DNA of 63,677 nucleotides, filler included, from Octopus bimaculoides (GCF_001194135.2; 8 parts of 8 records of this genome joined end to end with filler, not necessarily neighbours in it), one strand, 5' to 3'. Shown: positions 1 through 12,911, counted from the whole stretch's first letter. A program made the numbers and translations. The notes: generated by a model from the sequence alone, not told the origin.

Positions 1-158
1 AAAGGCTGATACAGCTTGGCACCTGTGATGTCACAACTCATTTCTACAGCTGAGTGAACTGGAGCAACATGAAATAAAAACAGCCCGGTCCGGGATTCGA
101 ACTCACAACCTCACGATCGTAAGCTCGACGCTCTAACCACTGAGCCATGTGCCTTCAC
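1..158 (-). mobile_element. tRNA-derived SINE, family A, 5' part with an internal deletion
   Basis: Reverse complement reads GAAGGCACATGGCTCAGTGGTTAGAGC...GTTCGAATCCC (Pol III A and B boxes). It aligns by eye to the full copy at 13122-13456 but lacks the segment ...GTTGTGTTCTTGAGCAAGACAC. Confidence 0.85.
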
Positions 159-220
159 ATATATACATATACATACACGCACACATGTATATATATATAT
201 ATATATACACACACATATTT

Positions 221-403
221 CTCTGAAGACTCATATTGTCATTGAATGCTCCAAATGAGGAGTAGATAGACAGCTGACAACTGAAGGGTCTGTTCTCTGT
301 GTTTACTTGCCCTGTTTTCCATTTCCTCTTGTTTGCATATTTAACTCATTTGTTTATATATTTCGCATTTGCACCATTGGTAACATCCTGTACCCATATA
401 TGC

Positions 404-410
<7 letters not shown>
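221..410. repeat. Interspersed repeat, second diverged copy at about 960-1155
   Basis: Both copies share CATATTGTCATTGAATGCTC-AAATGAGGAGTAGATAGACAGCTGACAA...CTGTACCCATATATGCAT. Related fragments occur inverted near 7370-7470 and 32280-32410. Confidence 0.75.
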
Positions 411-454
<44 letters not shown>

Positions 455-1184
455 CATATGTATGTATGTATATATATATATTTATATTATATATTATTTA
501 TTATTTAAGTGAATGTAACATCCATTTCCAAGTAAGTTTACCTTCACCTTTTTGATGCGACTCTCTACTCTATACGGTTTTCTTCCTCCATCCTCCTCTA
601 ATTCCATTTTTCTCTTCGTCCCTCCTTCACAGTTTTCTCTCTGTCTCTCTCTCTATCTACCCCTTTTCTCTTTCTCTTTCTTTCTCTCGTTGCTCACACA
701 TGGCCATCATCCATCTTTTTTTTCCTGCATGGATGTTCGAAAGAGCAGACGTGTTTTTTACTTTCTCCCTTCTATCTTTTCTCGTTTCAAAAAAATGTTT
801 CTCCCAGTGTTCACTATTTTCCTCTCATTCTGGTCGAATGACCCTCTACGTTTCTTTTCATTCAGTTTCCTTGTATGTCTCCACTGTCATGGTTTTGCTC
901 CCAACTCTGACCCTCAATAAATCCTAAATTTTATTTTAGAATTTATGGGAGCAACTGTCTTTGAAGATACATATTGTCATTGAATGCTCGAAATGAGGAG
1001 TAGATAGACAGCTGACAAGTGATGAAGGGTCCTTTCTCTGTGTTTATTTGTTCTGTTTACCATTTTTTTCTCGTTGTTTATGTATTTAACTCATTTCTTT
1101 ATGTATTTCATTTTATTTGCACCTTTGGTAACATTCTGTACCCATATATGCATATATATATATATACATATATTATTATATATG

Positions 1185-1221
<37 letters not shown>

Positions 1222-1762
1222 CACACATATACATCATATGCACACACATGCATACATATATACACACACATATATATATATACACACACATACACACACA
1301 CACATACATTATACTCTGTGGCCCACCAAAATTCGTTCCCAATTGGACTCAGCACCTCCTAAGGCTGGCCCTGTCTGTATAAGTATATGTATGTATACAT
1401 ATAATATATATATATCAATAGTAATGGCAAGACAACAAAAGAATGAAAGAGACCTCGATATTATGTAAATGGAGCAATTTATTTGTAATATATGTGGCAA
1501 AATTTTGCCTCGATAACTGAAGAGATGCTGGTGCAAGTTTCCACCCCGACATCCGAAACTTTTATCATGGTAACCAAATAATTGTCACATATTATATTAC
1601 AAATATATATATATATCCAATGCAAGGAAAAAAGAGCCTCTTATAGGGATGTAAAACATCCAATTTTCACTGGTTAACTGTTCAATACCCAACGTATGAT
1701 ATTTAGTAGAAAAATTTCTGCAATATGAATAGGTATGTATACACAATATGCAACAATAAAGG

Positions 1763-1905
1763 GAAAATGGAGAGTTCAAATTGACATAAGTTCCTTCAAT
1801 GATACATCAATTTGTGACTTTCTATTTTACTAGCTGGTAAAATGGAAAAGTTACAAATTGACATATTATTGAAGGAACTTATGTCAATCTGAATTCTCCA
1901 TTTTC
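1763..1905. other. Long imperfect palindrome (about 68-bp arms, 6-nt loop)
   Basis: Left arm GAAAATGGAGAGTTCAAATTGACATAAGTTCCTTCAAT... pairs with right arm ...ATTGAAGGAACTTATGTCAATCTGAATTCTCCATTTTC around the loop TAGCTG. Confidence 0.9.
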
Positions 1906-1951
1906 TTATCATTATTACAATTATTATTATTATTATTATTATTATTATACA

Positions 1952-3185
1952 TTAGGTTATTTCACACGAAGCGTTCGTTATATTTGAAAGGCAACAATAA
2001 AATATTTCAAAAGTGTTAGAGGACTGATTTATTTCATCAAAGTATGATCCACAGTCATTTATGACATTTACCCAATGTTTCTCTATGCCATATATTCCAT
2101 CTTTAAAAAGAAAATTCATCTTTTGGTGTGATAAACTGTCCGAATGCTTCAATTACCTTTTCTCTATTTAAGAATGTTTTATTGCTTATGAAAAGCTCAA
2201 AATGTTTAAATAAGTGATGATCAGTAGGAGAGATATCAGAGGAATAGGGAGGATGTTGCAAAATCTCATAATTCAGGCTTTGCAACTTTTAGACTGTAAC
2301 TTGAGGAGTGTGGGGACGTGCATTGTCGTGGAGCAAAATTGGGCCATCTCTATTCACTAGTCTGGGTTGCTTCAAATTCTCATGCATACAATCAATCTCC
2401 TGGCAATACGATGTCGCTGTTACCATTTTTCCTTGTTGCAAAAATGAATAATAAACTCCCTTTGCAGACCACTAACTTTTTGGGGTGTAATGGTAAGTTT
2501 GGGTAGTGTTTAAGTGACTCTCTTGCATCTAATCACTGTCCTGTTCTCCTGTTGTTGTTAAAAGGGTATCTTTTCTCATCACAAGTAATGATTTGATGCA
2601 AAAATCATCTTTTTCCAGTTTAGAAAGCAATAAGGAGCACACTTCGAGTCATCTGTTTTTTTTTAATCTCGTTCAGTTGATGTGGAACAAACCTATCTGC
2701 TTTCTTGACTTTTCCAATGTTTTATAGGTGTCCAAAAACAGTTGTGCAAGATGTTTGGAGTTCTGATGAAAGTTTTTGAACCTTTGTTCTTGGATTTTGT
2801 TCAACGAAAGCACTTAATCCATCATGCCAAATAACTGATTTTGGCCTGCCCCTTGGTTTATTTTCAAGGCTATCATCTCCTGAGCAAGAGCTTTGGAACC
2901 ATATCTGAACAGTTCTGATATCAACAAAACCATTACCAAAGGTCTGCTTGATATTCCGTAGAGCTTCTGCAGTAGAGTGACCCAGTTTGTACTCATACAA
3001 GAAAATAACTCAACATAGTTTGGTTGTTATCATTTTCATAAGATCTGTGGGTATGAATTTTGTATACCAATATCGTTGGGAAAGAAAAAGAGTCAAGATT
3101 AAGTGCAAAGTAAACATAATTGAGTTTTTAAACGACTGAAATAACAAGTAATTAAAAATGCAACATTTCATGTGAAACAACCTAA
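1952..3185 (-). mobile_element. Near-full-length degenerate mariner (Hsmar1-like) DNA transposon
   Basis: Terminal inverted repeats TTAGGTTATTTCACACGAA (1952) and TTAGGTTGTTTCACATGAA (reverse complement ending at 3185, followed by TA). Broken transposase frames: 2722-3000 (HTH, KLGHSTAEALRNIKQTFG, RGRPKS), 2103-2285 (HPPYSSDISPTDHHLF, the YSPDL motif) and 1952-2152 (GSYFDE). Confidence 0.92.
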
Positions 3186-3329
3186 TATATATATATATAT
3201 ATATAATAAAATACAAAAATGGAACAAGAACGCAAAACATCCAGACTGTCAGGTGATACAGAAAAGGGACAACAAACCATCCAGACAGACAATACAAAGA
3301 AAACAAGGACGGGTCAGTCAAGTTCCAGA

Positions 3330-4198
3330 TTGTCTTTGCAATTGCAGCTGGTCATACTCAAGATTGCTTCAATCTGGCCAGCCCCAAGGAAAAACTAAAC
3401 TAGGAGCACTAGATTCCTTGGAAGAAAGCAGCGAATGTATACGAAAGCAAGGACGGAAAAAACAGAGAAATGGTACACAAATACAAATAACAGGACCTTA
3501 ACAACAGGTGTCTTTCGACTAAGGACGAACTAAATACAGCTGGCGTGTTTGGAAGTAAAGCCTTACAGTAGGGACATAAGATTTGACAGGCACAGGGAGG
3601 AATATAGATGTTGCACGGATGGTAGTCAAACCAAGGAAAAAAGGTCAGGCTTAGCCGAACACCGGTCACATGGGGAAAGAAGAGAGAGAGATAGAGGCAG
3701 AGGGATAGAAGAATTAAGGCAGGGCAAGAAAAAAAATGAAAGGGACTGAGTGAAGTGAAAGAGGAGGGAAGGTGAGCATGAAGAGAAGGCAATGAAATGT
3801 GAGAGAGGGGGAAAGAAAGAACGAAGAGTGGAATGAACGAAATAAGTGTGAAGGGGTTGATAGAAAGAATGAAAGAATAAAAAGAATAGAGTCGTACAAA
3901 ATTTAGATATACATATACTTACATATAAGAGACCAAAGTGTACGTACACCACTTATCTTTGCAATTTTGGCTGGTTATACTCAAGATTGCTCCAATCTGA
4001 CCAGCCCCAAGGAAAAACTAAGCTAAGAGCACTAGATTCCTTGGAGGAAAGCAGTGAATGTATACGAAAACAAGGACAGAAAAAAAAAACAGAAATATTA
4101 CACAAATACAAATAACAGGACATTAACAACAGGTGTTAATCTAAGGATTAATTATATTAAGCTAGCATGTGTGGAAGTAAAGCCTTATGGCAGGGACA
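3330..4198. repeat. Two direct copies (about 3330-3575 and 3955-4198) of an interspersed repeat
   Basis: Both contain CTTTGCAATT...ATACTCAAGATTGCT-CAATCTG-CCAGCCCCAAGGAAAAACTAA...GGAAGTAAAGCCTTA. Confidence 0.8.
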
Positions 4199-4963
4199 GT
4201 GCAATTCTTGTAGGCCATGACTTTTGTGTTTCTTTTATCTTTAATAGTATGATTAAAAATGTATCTCTTTCACTTTACATGAGTTCAATTTGTTCAGTGA
4301 CTAACAGAACCAATGTATGTACTTTTAAAGGGTGGGGGGGAATCTTTAATTATAATTCTATGGCTACCATGGCAGTAACAATAGCAATAAAATGTCTCAA
4401 AAACCAACCCTATGATTACTCTAATTTTGAATAATAAAAGATGGAATGGCTTTAGCTGCAACACCTTTCTCCACAAATCTGCAGATCTTGGACAAAAGAA
4501 CAACTATGATGAGACAAAATCTTAGGTTGGACTGGAAGAACACATGGAATTACTCCATATTTTTAATATTCTTCTCTCTTTTAAGAATTTTTTTTACTGT
4601 TTCTAATCAGATTTCTATGAAAAATAGTTTCCTTTCTATTTCTAAAATTTTCTAATTTTTTGTTTATATTTTTAAGATTTACATTTTAATTGCATTTTAT
4701 TCTCTATTTTGTGTTGTTTTAAATTAATTGTTTGCATATTTAATTCATATTTTTTTTTAATTAAAAATGTTCTGGAAGACAGCATACATGCAGAACATTA
4801 CTTCTAATCTCAATATTCTCTGTTCATTGTTGAACTTTCTTGGTTTTATGCTTTGTTAATTACTGTAATCTAATTGTAGATGCTTGCTTGGTTTGATAGT
4901 GAATTAGTTGTAAACACATATTCTATTTATATATTTATTTATTATCTATTTAAAACACATTAT

Positions 4964-5022
4964 TTAACCAAGAACACAAAGTGAGCTCTTGTACGCTCCT
5001 CCTTGTACTCCAGGTTGTCTTC
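4964..5022 (-). CDS. Terminal coding exon of an unrecognised spliced gene: (R)RQPGVQGGAYKSSLCVLG*
   Basis: Acceptor TTCCCTTTCCTTCTGAATTTCATAACAG|GA. The phase-1 start matches the phase-1 end of exon 6922-7021. TAA at 4964-4966 is followed by several hundred bp of unique AT-rich, 3'UTR-like sequence. Confidence 0.65.
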
Positions 5023-5194
5023 CTGTTATGAAATTCAGAAGGAAAGGGAACTCTCAAAGCCTAACCTATATGTGTGCATGTATGTGTGTATATGTATAAA
5101 TATACATATGTGTGTGTGTATGCGTGTGGGTGTGTTGGTATAAATACTTAAGTGTGTGTATGTGTGCGTATGTGTATGCATGTGTGTATCTATG

Positions 5195-5410
5195 TATCAT
5201 CATCATTATTTAATGTCTGTTTTCTATGCTGGCATGGATTAGATGGTTTGACTGAAGCTGAAAAGCTAGAGAGCTGCGTCAGGCACCAGTCTGTTTAACA
5301 CCAACCACTCCACAGAGTGTACAGGGTGTCTTTTATGTGTCACCAGCACAAGTGCCTTTTACATGTCACTGGCACAGATGCCTTTCACGTGTCACTAGCA
5401 CTGGCCATTA
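5195..5410 (-). mobile_element. RTE-tail SINE / short RTE 3' fragment
   Basis: Reverse complement matches the 3' tail of the RTE relic at 12330-12533 and the copies at 32425-33047, ending in (GAT)n. Confidence 0.7.
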
Positions 5411-5695
5411 CAACAAAATATGTATGATGTATACATACATACATTCACAAGCACATGCACACACACACACAAAGATCTTTTTGTGTGTGTATGTGTGTGT
5501 GGTGGGTGTAACTGCTTTCGATGATCATGAAGAATGGAACATGAGACAGATGTTTAATAGAGATGCAGTGAAAATATTTGAATATTTACAAAAGTCTTGA
5601 CTGGATAGAATTATTAGGGCAAACAATTCTTAGTTTACCATATAACTGTTGTACAAAATATAAATATGCAAAAAAGTATGGAATTTGTTGATTAA

Positions 5696-5915
5696 CCCTT
5701 TAGCATTCAGATTAATTTGGCAAAAGTAATCCTTATTTATTCACATTTAAAAAAATTTATCTGATATTATTTTGTAGCTTCAAGATTGGAAAGATGTAAT
5801 TGCTTATTTTCAGAATGACATTGCAGGGTAGGTGTGAGATGCTGGTTCTGGCCAGTTTGAGCATAAAATGTGTAGAATATTTGGGCCAGATACAGCCGGT
5901 TTAAACACTAAAGGG
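5696..5915. mobile_element. piggyBac-type non-autonomous MITE
   Basis: TTAA|CCCTTTAG...CTAAAGGG|TTAA: CCC-starting terminal inverted repeats and a TTAA target-site duplication. Two more copies lie in the window. Confidence 0.85.
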
Positions 5916-6447
5916 TTAAATAGAAGAATTGATAAAAGAGGAGAATAGATTGGTGAGAATATATATACTGAAAATATAAACAATACAATAAAAAGACAAT
6001 ATTTAAGTATAGAAATGTGAAAAAAAGAAAGTAAACAAAGGTTGAAGAGAAAAGAATTAAAAATATATATATATATATATTAAAATATATCATTAGAATG
6101 TGAAATGAGCATGTGTGTTTTATCCAAGCAGTGTAGAGAGACAACTAAAATGCCTAAAAGTTAATTAAAAATCTTCAATGTGGTAAGTCAAGGAGTGGTC
6201 AAGATATAGCAGCATTAAGACAGTTTTCTTGAAGAAGTTCAAACAGATTGTTGGCTGTAGGTGGTTGGTAGGGGAAACAATGAAGAAACTTACAAAGCAA
6301 ATACTTAGAAGCATACCTGCAGAAACTTATTAGTTGAGATCTTTAATTTAATGCATGTTGAAATAAAATACAAAGTTTTTTTTACTTAAACACAGATTAG
6401 AATATAAATCTCTGAGAGACAGGAACTAGGCTGGTAGGTACAACATG

Positions 6448-6841
6448 TTTTATCTTTTACTTGTTTCAGTCATTAGACTGCGGCAATGCTGGGGCACCAC
6501 CTTGAAGAATTTTAGTCAAAATTATTGACCCCAATAATAATTATTTTTTAGTAAAACGTGTTACTTACTCTATCAGTCTCTTTTGCTAAACTGCTAAGTT
6601 ACAGAGACATAAACACACCAACACTGGTTGTCAAGTGGTGTTGGGGGACAAAAACACAAAACACAAACACATGTATACAACAGGCTTCTTCCAGTGTCTA
6701 TCTACCAGAGCCATTCACGAGGCTTTGGTTGGCTCGAGGCTATAGTGGAAGATACCTGCTCAAGTTGCCATGCAGAGGACTAAACATGGAACCATGTGGT
6801 TAGGAAGCAAGTTTCTTACCACACAGCCATACTTGCACCTA
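6448..6841 (-). mobile_element. tRNA-derived SINE, family C, full length
   Basis: Reverse complement starts TAGGTGCAAGTATGGCTGTGTGGTAAGAAACTTGC and ends ...GACTGAAACAAGTAAAAGATAAAA. Many partial copies occur (12570, 15900, 41445, 44830, 45185, 62715). Confidence 0.8.
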
Positions 6842-6921
6842 TAAAATGTTTTATTTTATTTTAAATGCAGTCAGTTTCTTTCAAAACTCAAATGTACTTG
6901 GAAATAAGTGTTGAAACTCAC

Positions 6922-7021
6922 TTCTCTCGATACCTATAGGAGTGCATAGTCTAGTAAAACGTATCTCATATTTGCTCTCAGTCAATTCAGTATAGGCTTT
7001 ATATATGGTATCATTTTCTCT
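6922..7021 (-). CDS. Internal 100-nt coding exon of the unrecognised gene: RENDTIYKAYTELTESKYEIRFTRLCTPIGIER
   Basis: Acceptor CTTTGCTTTATTGCACAG|AGA and donor GAA|GTGAGT. Only one frame is open (phase 0 in, phase 1 out), and it splices in frame to 4964-5022. Confidence 0.65.
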
Positions 7022-7169
7022 CTGTGCAATAAAGCAAAGTTTTCCAAAAGCCATTATCATTTAGTGGTTCTACAGGCTTAAGTAATTGAATTTCAGGCAG
7101 ACAGAGATGCAGTATTATTGCTGTTGGAAAGTCTTTTTGCAAAAATGAGTTGATTGGGAAAGCAAAGTT

Positions 7170-7300
7170 AGGTGCATGGCTTAGTGGTTAGGTTGTGGTG
7201 TTCATGAACATAAGGTTGTGGTTTCAATTCCTGAACCTGGTGTTCTTGAGCAAAACACTTCATTTCACATTTTTCCAGTCCACCCAACTGGCAAAAATGA

Positions 7301-7303
<3 letters not shown>
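7170..7303 (+). mobile_element. tRNA-derived SINE head (family A/B), truncated
   Basis: GGTGCATGGCTTAGTGGTTAGG...TTCAATTCC...GTGTTCTTGAGCAAAACAC, homologous to the heads at 13122 and 39046. Confidence 0.7.
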
Positions 7304-7334
<31 letters not shown>

Positions 7335-10189
7335 CAAAGAATATATATGCATGTATACACACATGCATATATATGTACATACTTATATCTACATGTGTAT
7401 ATAGATGCATATCAGGGTACAGTACGTTAGAACAATGAACTACAGACCACGGAATGAACACATAGGAAAACAGATAGCCACTTGGAATTAATTGCATTTT
7501 CAATATTCTTGATGTTAGACTCTGTGATAAAACTGACATTGTTGTTATACCTTAGGAGGGTCATTTTGTTAATACAAAAAAACTGATGTTAAATGACTTT
7601 GCTAATTAATTAATTAATTAATTGCATTGTAACTATTGTGTAAGAGTTTTTGTTGGCAGAATGTCCCACCTAAAATATAACACCATACGCACACATACAG
7701 AGACAGGGAAACAGTCAACAGAGAGACAGACAAACAGACAGACAAACAGACAGACACTTAACAGGTTTCAAGTTTCATCTGATACCTCGTGTAAAAATAC
7801 AGATTCATTGACAAATAAGCAGGGTTGTTTGGCATTCATACCCTTCTTAAGGCCTTTAGCCATATAAATATTGTGAAAGGCTGTAACTGGATATTGAAAC
7901 TATATCATGTACTCCATCCTCCAGGATCGTAGCATACTATCCACAAATTATAATTTTTATTCACTCAAAGAAATATGATTTTCACTTTTACAAAGGATTT
8001 TTACAATACATATATACATGCATGTGTGTGTGTGTGTTACAAAGTATTTTATGAAAATTGTTGATGAATTACAGCAGCTGAAACTACTATTACTACTGTT
8101 ACTACTTTAAAATAAAAAAAATAAAACTCGAAATTCATAGAAATTAATTAAAGTACAGAATTCATTCTTGCAGAACTTCCTTTGTCTGAGTAACAGAATA
8201 TTTATTAGAAATGTGAAGGAGGAGGGAAGGAAAGTAACAATAGAGAGAGAGGAAAAGAAGATGAAGGGGAGGAGGATGAGAAGCGGAGGAAGAGGAAGAC
8301 GAAGAAGAAAGTGAAGATAGTAAGGAGGAAGAGAAGAAGAAAAGGAAGAGGCTAACTGAGTTTCAAGGGATTTATTAATATTTTTATTTTTATATTTGCA
8401 TTTTTTTATATTTCAAATTTTTGTTTTAATAATAGTTTTCGTTGGCAATGATGTCTACAAAAACGGTTTCTTCTGGTTAAATATGAACTAAAGAGGGTGG
8501 ATAAGTGATGACGAAGTTTGTGAGAGGGAGAGTAGAGTAATAAAGGACAGCAGAGAAAGGATGGGAAGACAGGGTGGTGGAGTGATGGGATGATGGAATC
8601 AGAGGGAAAGTTTATTACAACTTTACTACAAAGACATACAAAAGAGTTATGGGAAAAAATCAAAATTGAGAAAAAATTTAAAGAAAGAAAGATCTCAGAA
8701 TAGAAGGAAATGAAAATTGAAGTAAAATGAATATTGTGGAAGGAATTACATTTCTTTAAGGAAAATTTTTAAAAATACAAATTCATGAACAACTTAGACT
8801 TTAACATTGCCAAAATTATAAAAATACTATGGCAAGGACACCAATACATAATTTCAGACACAAATTCATATTCACCACACACATGGTTGTGTGTGTGNNN
8901 NNNNNNNNNNNNNNNNNNNNNNNNNNNNNNNNNNNNNNNNNNNNNNNNNNNNNNNNNNNNNNNNNNNNNNNNNNNNNNNNNNNNNNNNNNNNNNNNNCTC
9001 TTTCTCTCTCCATCTTCTTTCTCTCACTCTCTCTCTCCCTGATACCATAGTAGGTTCCAGTGACAAATATTGCAAGATGATTGATACTATTTTTATGGCA
9101 AATTTTGTGTTACAGTATCCTGTTCAGGGATTTTGGAGTTGTGGGGAGCTTGTGAAGTCACTCCTTAATTACCATTACTCTGAGGTTCATTATGACCCAC
9201 AATGATAATATCTATCTGGGCCCCATCTGTGGCTTAAATAGATTTCCCATGGGTAGAGAAGGCACTCATTATTTTTGACAAAACCCTGGCAATATATATA
9301 TATACTGAAGATGCAGGGCTTAGTAGTTTGGGTGTTGCACTCAAAATTGCAGTATCATGGTTTTCATTTTTGGATCTGGTGGTACATTGTGATCTTGAGT
9401 AAAATACTACATTTGATATGTAGCACCCTGCGTACCTGTAGAGGCAATGGAGGGAGTGAAATAATGTACAGCACAAACATTTAATCATTATACAAATTAT
9501 CTGTGTAGATTGTTCAACAAATAATTGTATAAACCTTATCTGTTGTTTATGACAAGAGAATCCATCAGATGTATATATATTCACTGGTAACAATCAGAAG
9601 AAATATCAAACACAATAAAAACATTGAGTACAATAGGATTTTTTTAGACTGTTCTTGTCTGCTACTCTGGAGCTTCAACAGCTTGTAACTAGTTCATCAG
9701 ACAAGTGAACAGTGAGCAGTGAAATTCACTACGTCACTCTAATGCTTGGTGTGTGCATAAATACATACATAAATGCATACATTCATACATACATACATAC
9801 ATACATGCATGTATAAATACATACATGTGTGTATGTGAGAGAGAGACATACAGTCAGACAGACAGAGAGGATAGATTAGCAGGGCTTTTCAAGCTGAAAT
9901 GTAAAATTACATATTCAGAAGAAAGAAAATAAATCAGTAACATTTATCTTAAGTTTGATATTTCATATTTGGGCAGCATTTCTATGGTGGTGGTGGTGGT
10001 GGGTGCAGATGGGAGGGAGGAGTGAAAAGATAGTAACAAGAATAGTTAAGTCTTCAAGAAAATGTATTAACATGTGTATAGTTATATTATATATTAAGGA
10101 AGAGTGAAAAATCAGCAAAACCTAAGTTTCATATTTCATACTTTGCAGCAAGCAAACAAATGATCAAATGGACCAAGGTTTTTTATGCA

Positions 10190-10805
10190 GGATTTTTTTT
10201 TTTAAAGACCAAGACCCAGATCCAACCTGCACCAGGCCAGAACAGTCCACCCACGATCGTTAACATCAACATCCAACCCCTAGAAGAAGTTGAACACCTC
10301 TCATACCATGGGCGTATCCTTTCAAAGACCCCCATGAGTGAAAAGGATGTGGAGAACCAGATCTGGGCAACCCAGCGATCATGTATTCTTCAATCACATG
10401 CTCACTACCTGGACAAAGATCATGGTCTTCCATGACATTGTCCTGTCAACTTTTCTCTACACTTGTGAGACTTGGACACTGTGCCACTGTGACTTCAAGT
10501 ACCTTGAATGCTTCTAGCAATCCAAGCTACAACAGACAGATCCTCAATATTCGATGGGAAGATCACATTACCAACAACAAGGTTCTTCGCTGTCTTCACT
10601 ACCAAACATCAAAGCCACCATTTGTCTCCATTGGGCAGGTCATGTCCAGTGCATGGAGCCCCCTTGTCTTCTGAGGATCATGTTCTATGGAGAATTTGCA
10701 ATCGGAACAAGACCCAGAGGAGGTCCAAAATTTCGTTTTAAAGACCAGCTCAAATGGACCCTGGATCAAACTAACATCCAGCCATCCACATGGGATGAGT
10801 TAGAA
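10190..10805 (+). mobile_element. Degenerate RTE-clade LINE ORF2 3' fragment
   Basis: Frames give LEEVEHLSY, QILNIRWEDHITNNKVL and HWAGHVQCME...FYGEFAIGTRPRGGPKFRFKDQLK, typical of RTE/BovB C-termini. Confidence 0.85.
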
Positions 10806-10809
10806 AACA

Positions 10810-11270
10810 TTAAAGAAAACCAGTTGGGTCTGTCTGAAACAATGCCAGATTTTCCCATGATGTGATCAGCCAGTTGCACTTTTGATCAGGTATCAGAAGA
10901 TATGGCACCCACCAAGCAGAAACCATCATCATATCAAATTCATCATGCAGAATATTCTCAACTCTCACATGGGATATGCTAAAAGCATTCACTATTTGAT
11001 TTATAGTCAGTTGCCTGTCATTGATCACCATGCAGTGAACACGATCAATGTTTTCCTTGGTGGTGGCAGTTGCAGGACATCCAGACCTTGGGCCATCTTC
11101 AAATCTCTTTCTTCTGCTCTTAAATGCACCTATCCACTCTTGCACTGCTCATAAAGTTGGAACATCATCTAAGGTACAGTAGAAACCATGTCAGCATGAA
11201 TGTTCTTGGGGTCTAAGCCCTTTTTGCAAGTACCTGATAACACCACAAAGCCAAATTTTGTCAATTTTCA
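10810..11270 (-). mobile_element. Mariner transposase 5' fragment (different subfamily from 1952-3185)
   Basis: EDGPRSGCPATATTKENIDRVHCMVINDRQLTI...SAWWVPYLL contains the WVPxxL motif of mariner transposases. Confidence 0.85.
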
Positions 11271-11299
11271 AGAGAGTTACTTTTTATGTGTCCTTTGAA

Positions 11300-12533
11300 A
11301 ACAATGCAGGTTTTAATAAGAAGTGTTGGAATTAAAGCATGCAAGATTCCACAGCTCCAGCATCATTTCTTCATAGTCAGCCGCCCTTGTATGATGTGTG
11401 TTTACAAATAGCTTTGCTATATGGTAGCGAAACATGGGCTGTGACTGCAGAGGACATGCAGTCTTGAAAGAAATGAAGCCAGCATGCTTTGCTGGATGAA
11501 AAATATCAATGTGCATAGACAACAAAGTATAAATATGTTGAGAGAAAAATTAGGTATAAAAAACATCAGATGTAGTGTGCAAGAGAGAAGACTATGCTGG
11601 TATGGTTGTGTGACACATATGGATGAAGACTGTTGCATAAAGAAGTTCCAATCTCTAAATGTTGAGGGAACCTGTGGAAGAAAAAAACTCAGGAATGCAT
11701 GGAACAATGTGGTAAAAAAGGATCTTCAGATGTCGAGCCTCACAGGGAGGATAACAAAAGAATGAGAGAATTGGTGATTTGCTGTGCTTGAAAAGACCTG
11801 CCCAGGTGAGTAAAATCCAGGCCATAAAAGTATGTCCTTTATGTCCATGCCCAACCCTACCCTGCAAACAATCTGTTCCTCATAAATCACTCCTCCACAT
11901 CCCATCTTCCCTTTCCCTCCACCCACGCTCACCATCCACTGTACCCTTCTTGCCTCTATTTTCCAATCCCTGTTGAATCTCTTCCTCAGAAAGTAACCTC
12001 CTAACAACCCCACCCTCTTTTTGTAGCTACTCATTACATTCCCTTCCCTCCACCTCCTTTTGCAATCTTGTGAATTTATTCACCCACTACCCTATCCAAT
12101 CCTTGGTCCCACTTCACTTCTAAATATTTCCCTGTAACTTGAGTGTGCCCCACTGTCACATTATCATCTTCTCTCTCCCTTCTCTATCTTTTCTCTCTCT
12201 CAAACTGAGGTAGCCCTGTATCTTCTTTGCTGCAAGACACCTATTTCTGTCCCTCTACTCACATTGTAATGTTTTATTAGGTACAAAGCCACTATCTTCA
12301 ATACTAAGCTGAGGAGTCTTGTGTTGTAAATTATCTGGTGACCTCACTGCTGCTGGTGCCAGATAAAAAGCACCCAGTACATTCTGTAAAGTGGTTGGTG
12401 CTAAGGGCAACCAACTGTAGAAACAATGCCAAAGCAGACAGCAGAGCTTGGTGCAGTTTCTGATTTGCCAGCTCCTGTCAAACCATCCAACTCATGTCAG
12501 CATTGAAAACAGACATAAAATGATGATGATGAT
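11300..12533 (+). mobile_element. Degenerate RTE LINE 3' end with 3'UTR and (GAT)n tail
   Basis: YGSETWAVT..., MLREKLGIKNIRCSVQERRLCWYGCVTHMDED...W--VV-KDL, then a 3'UTR ending ATGATGATGATG at about 12533. Confidence 0.8.
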
Positions 12534-12911
12534 GTGTCTGTGTTTATAATACAGAGCGAGTGGGGAGGTGCAGGCAGGCTGGTTGTATGGCTAAGAAGTT
12601 TTGCTTCATGTCCAGTTTAAGGTTCAGTTGCATGACATGTCTCCTTGGGCAAGTTTTTTCTACTCAGCCCTTTGGACCTGAGGAAATGTTTGACCTACAT
12701 TGACAGAAAAATAAAATTCTTAGCAAAAATTTGTAAAGATAAGACTCCAAATATTAGAAATTCCAATATTTGAGGCAGAACAGCCTCTTGTGGCGTGGGA
12801 GAAGATAACTCACAAAGAAAAGGTTTTTTTCTTGGAAGTCCAGACCTTACATCACTTCACAAGTCACTAACCAATCTTATTTCATAAATTTTATTAATTT
12901 ATAAAATATAC

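Noticed and set aside
299-1468. ORFs rich in [12 protein letters not shown] (also at 13433-13905, 42384-43312, 46698-47101, 48415-49043)
   Set aside because: Translations of (TA)n/(CA)n microsatellites and N runs.
9234-9593. 119-aa minus-strand ORF, and a short MGNLFKPQMGPR* ORF nearby
   Set aside because: No recognisable motif; the long ORF has a non-ATG start and the short one terminates after 12 codons. Kept only as possible exon territory.
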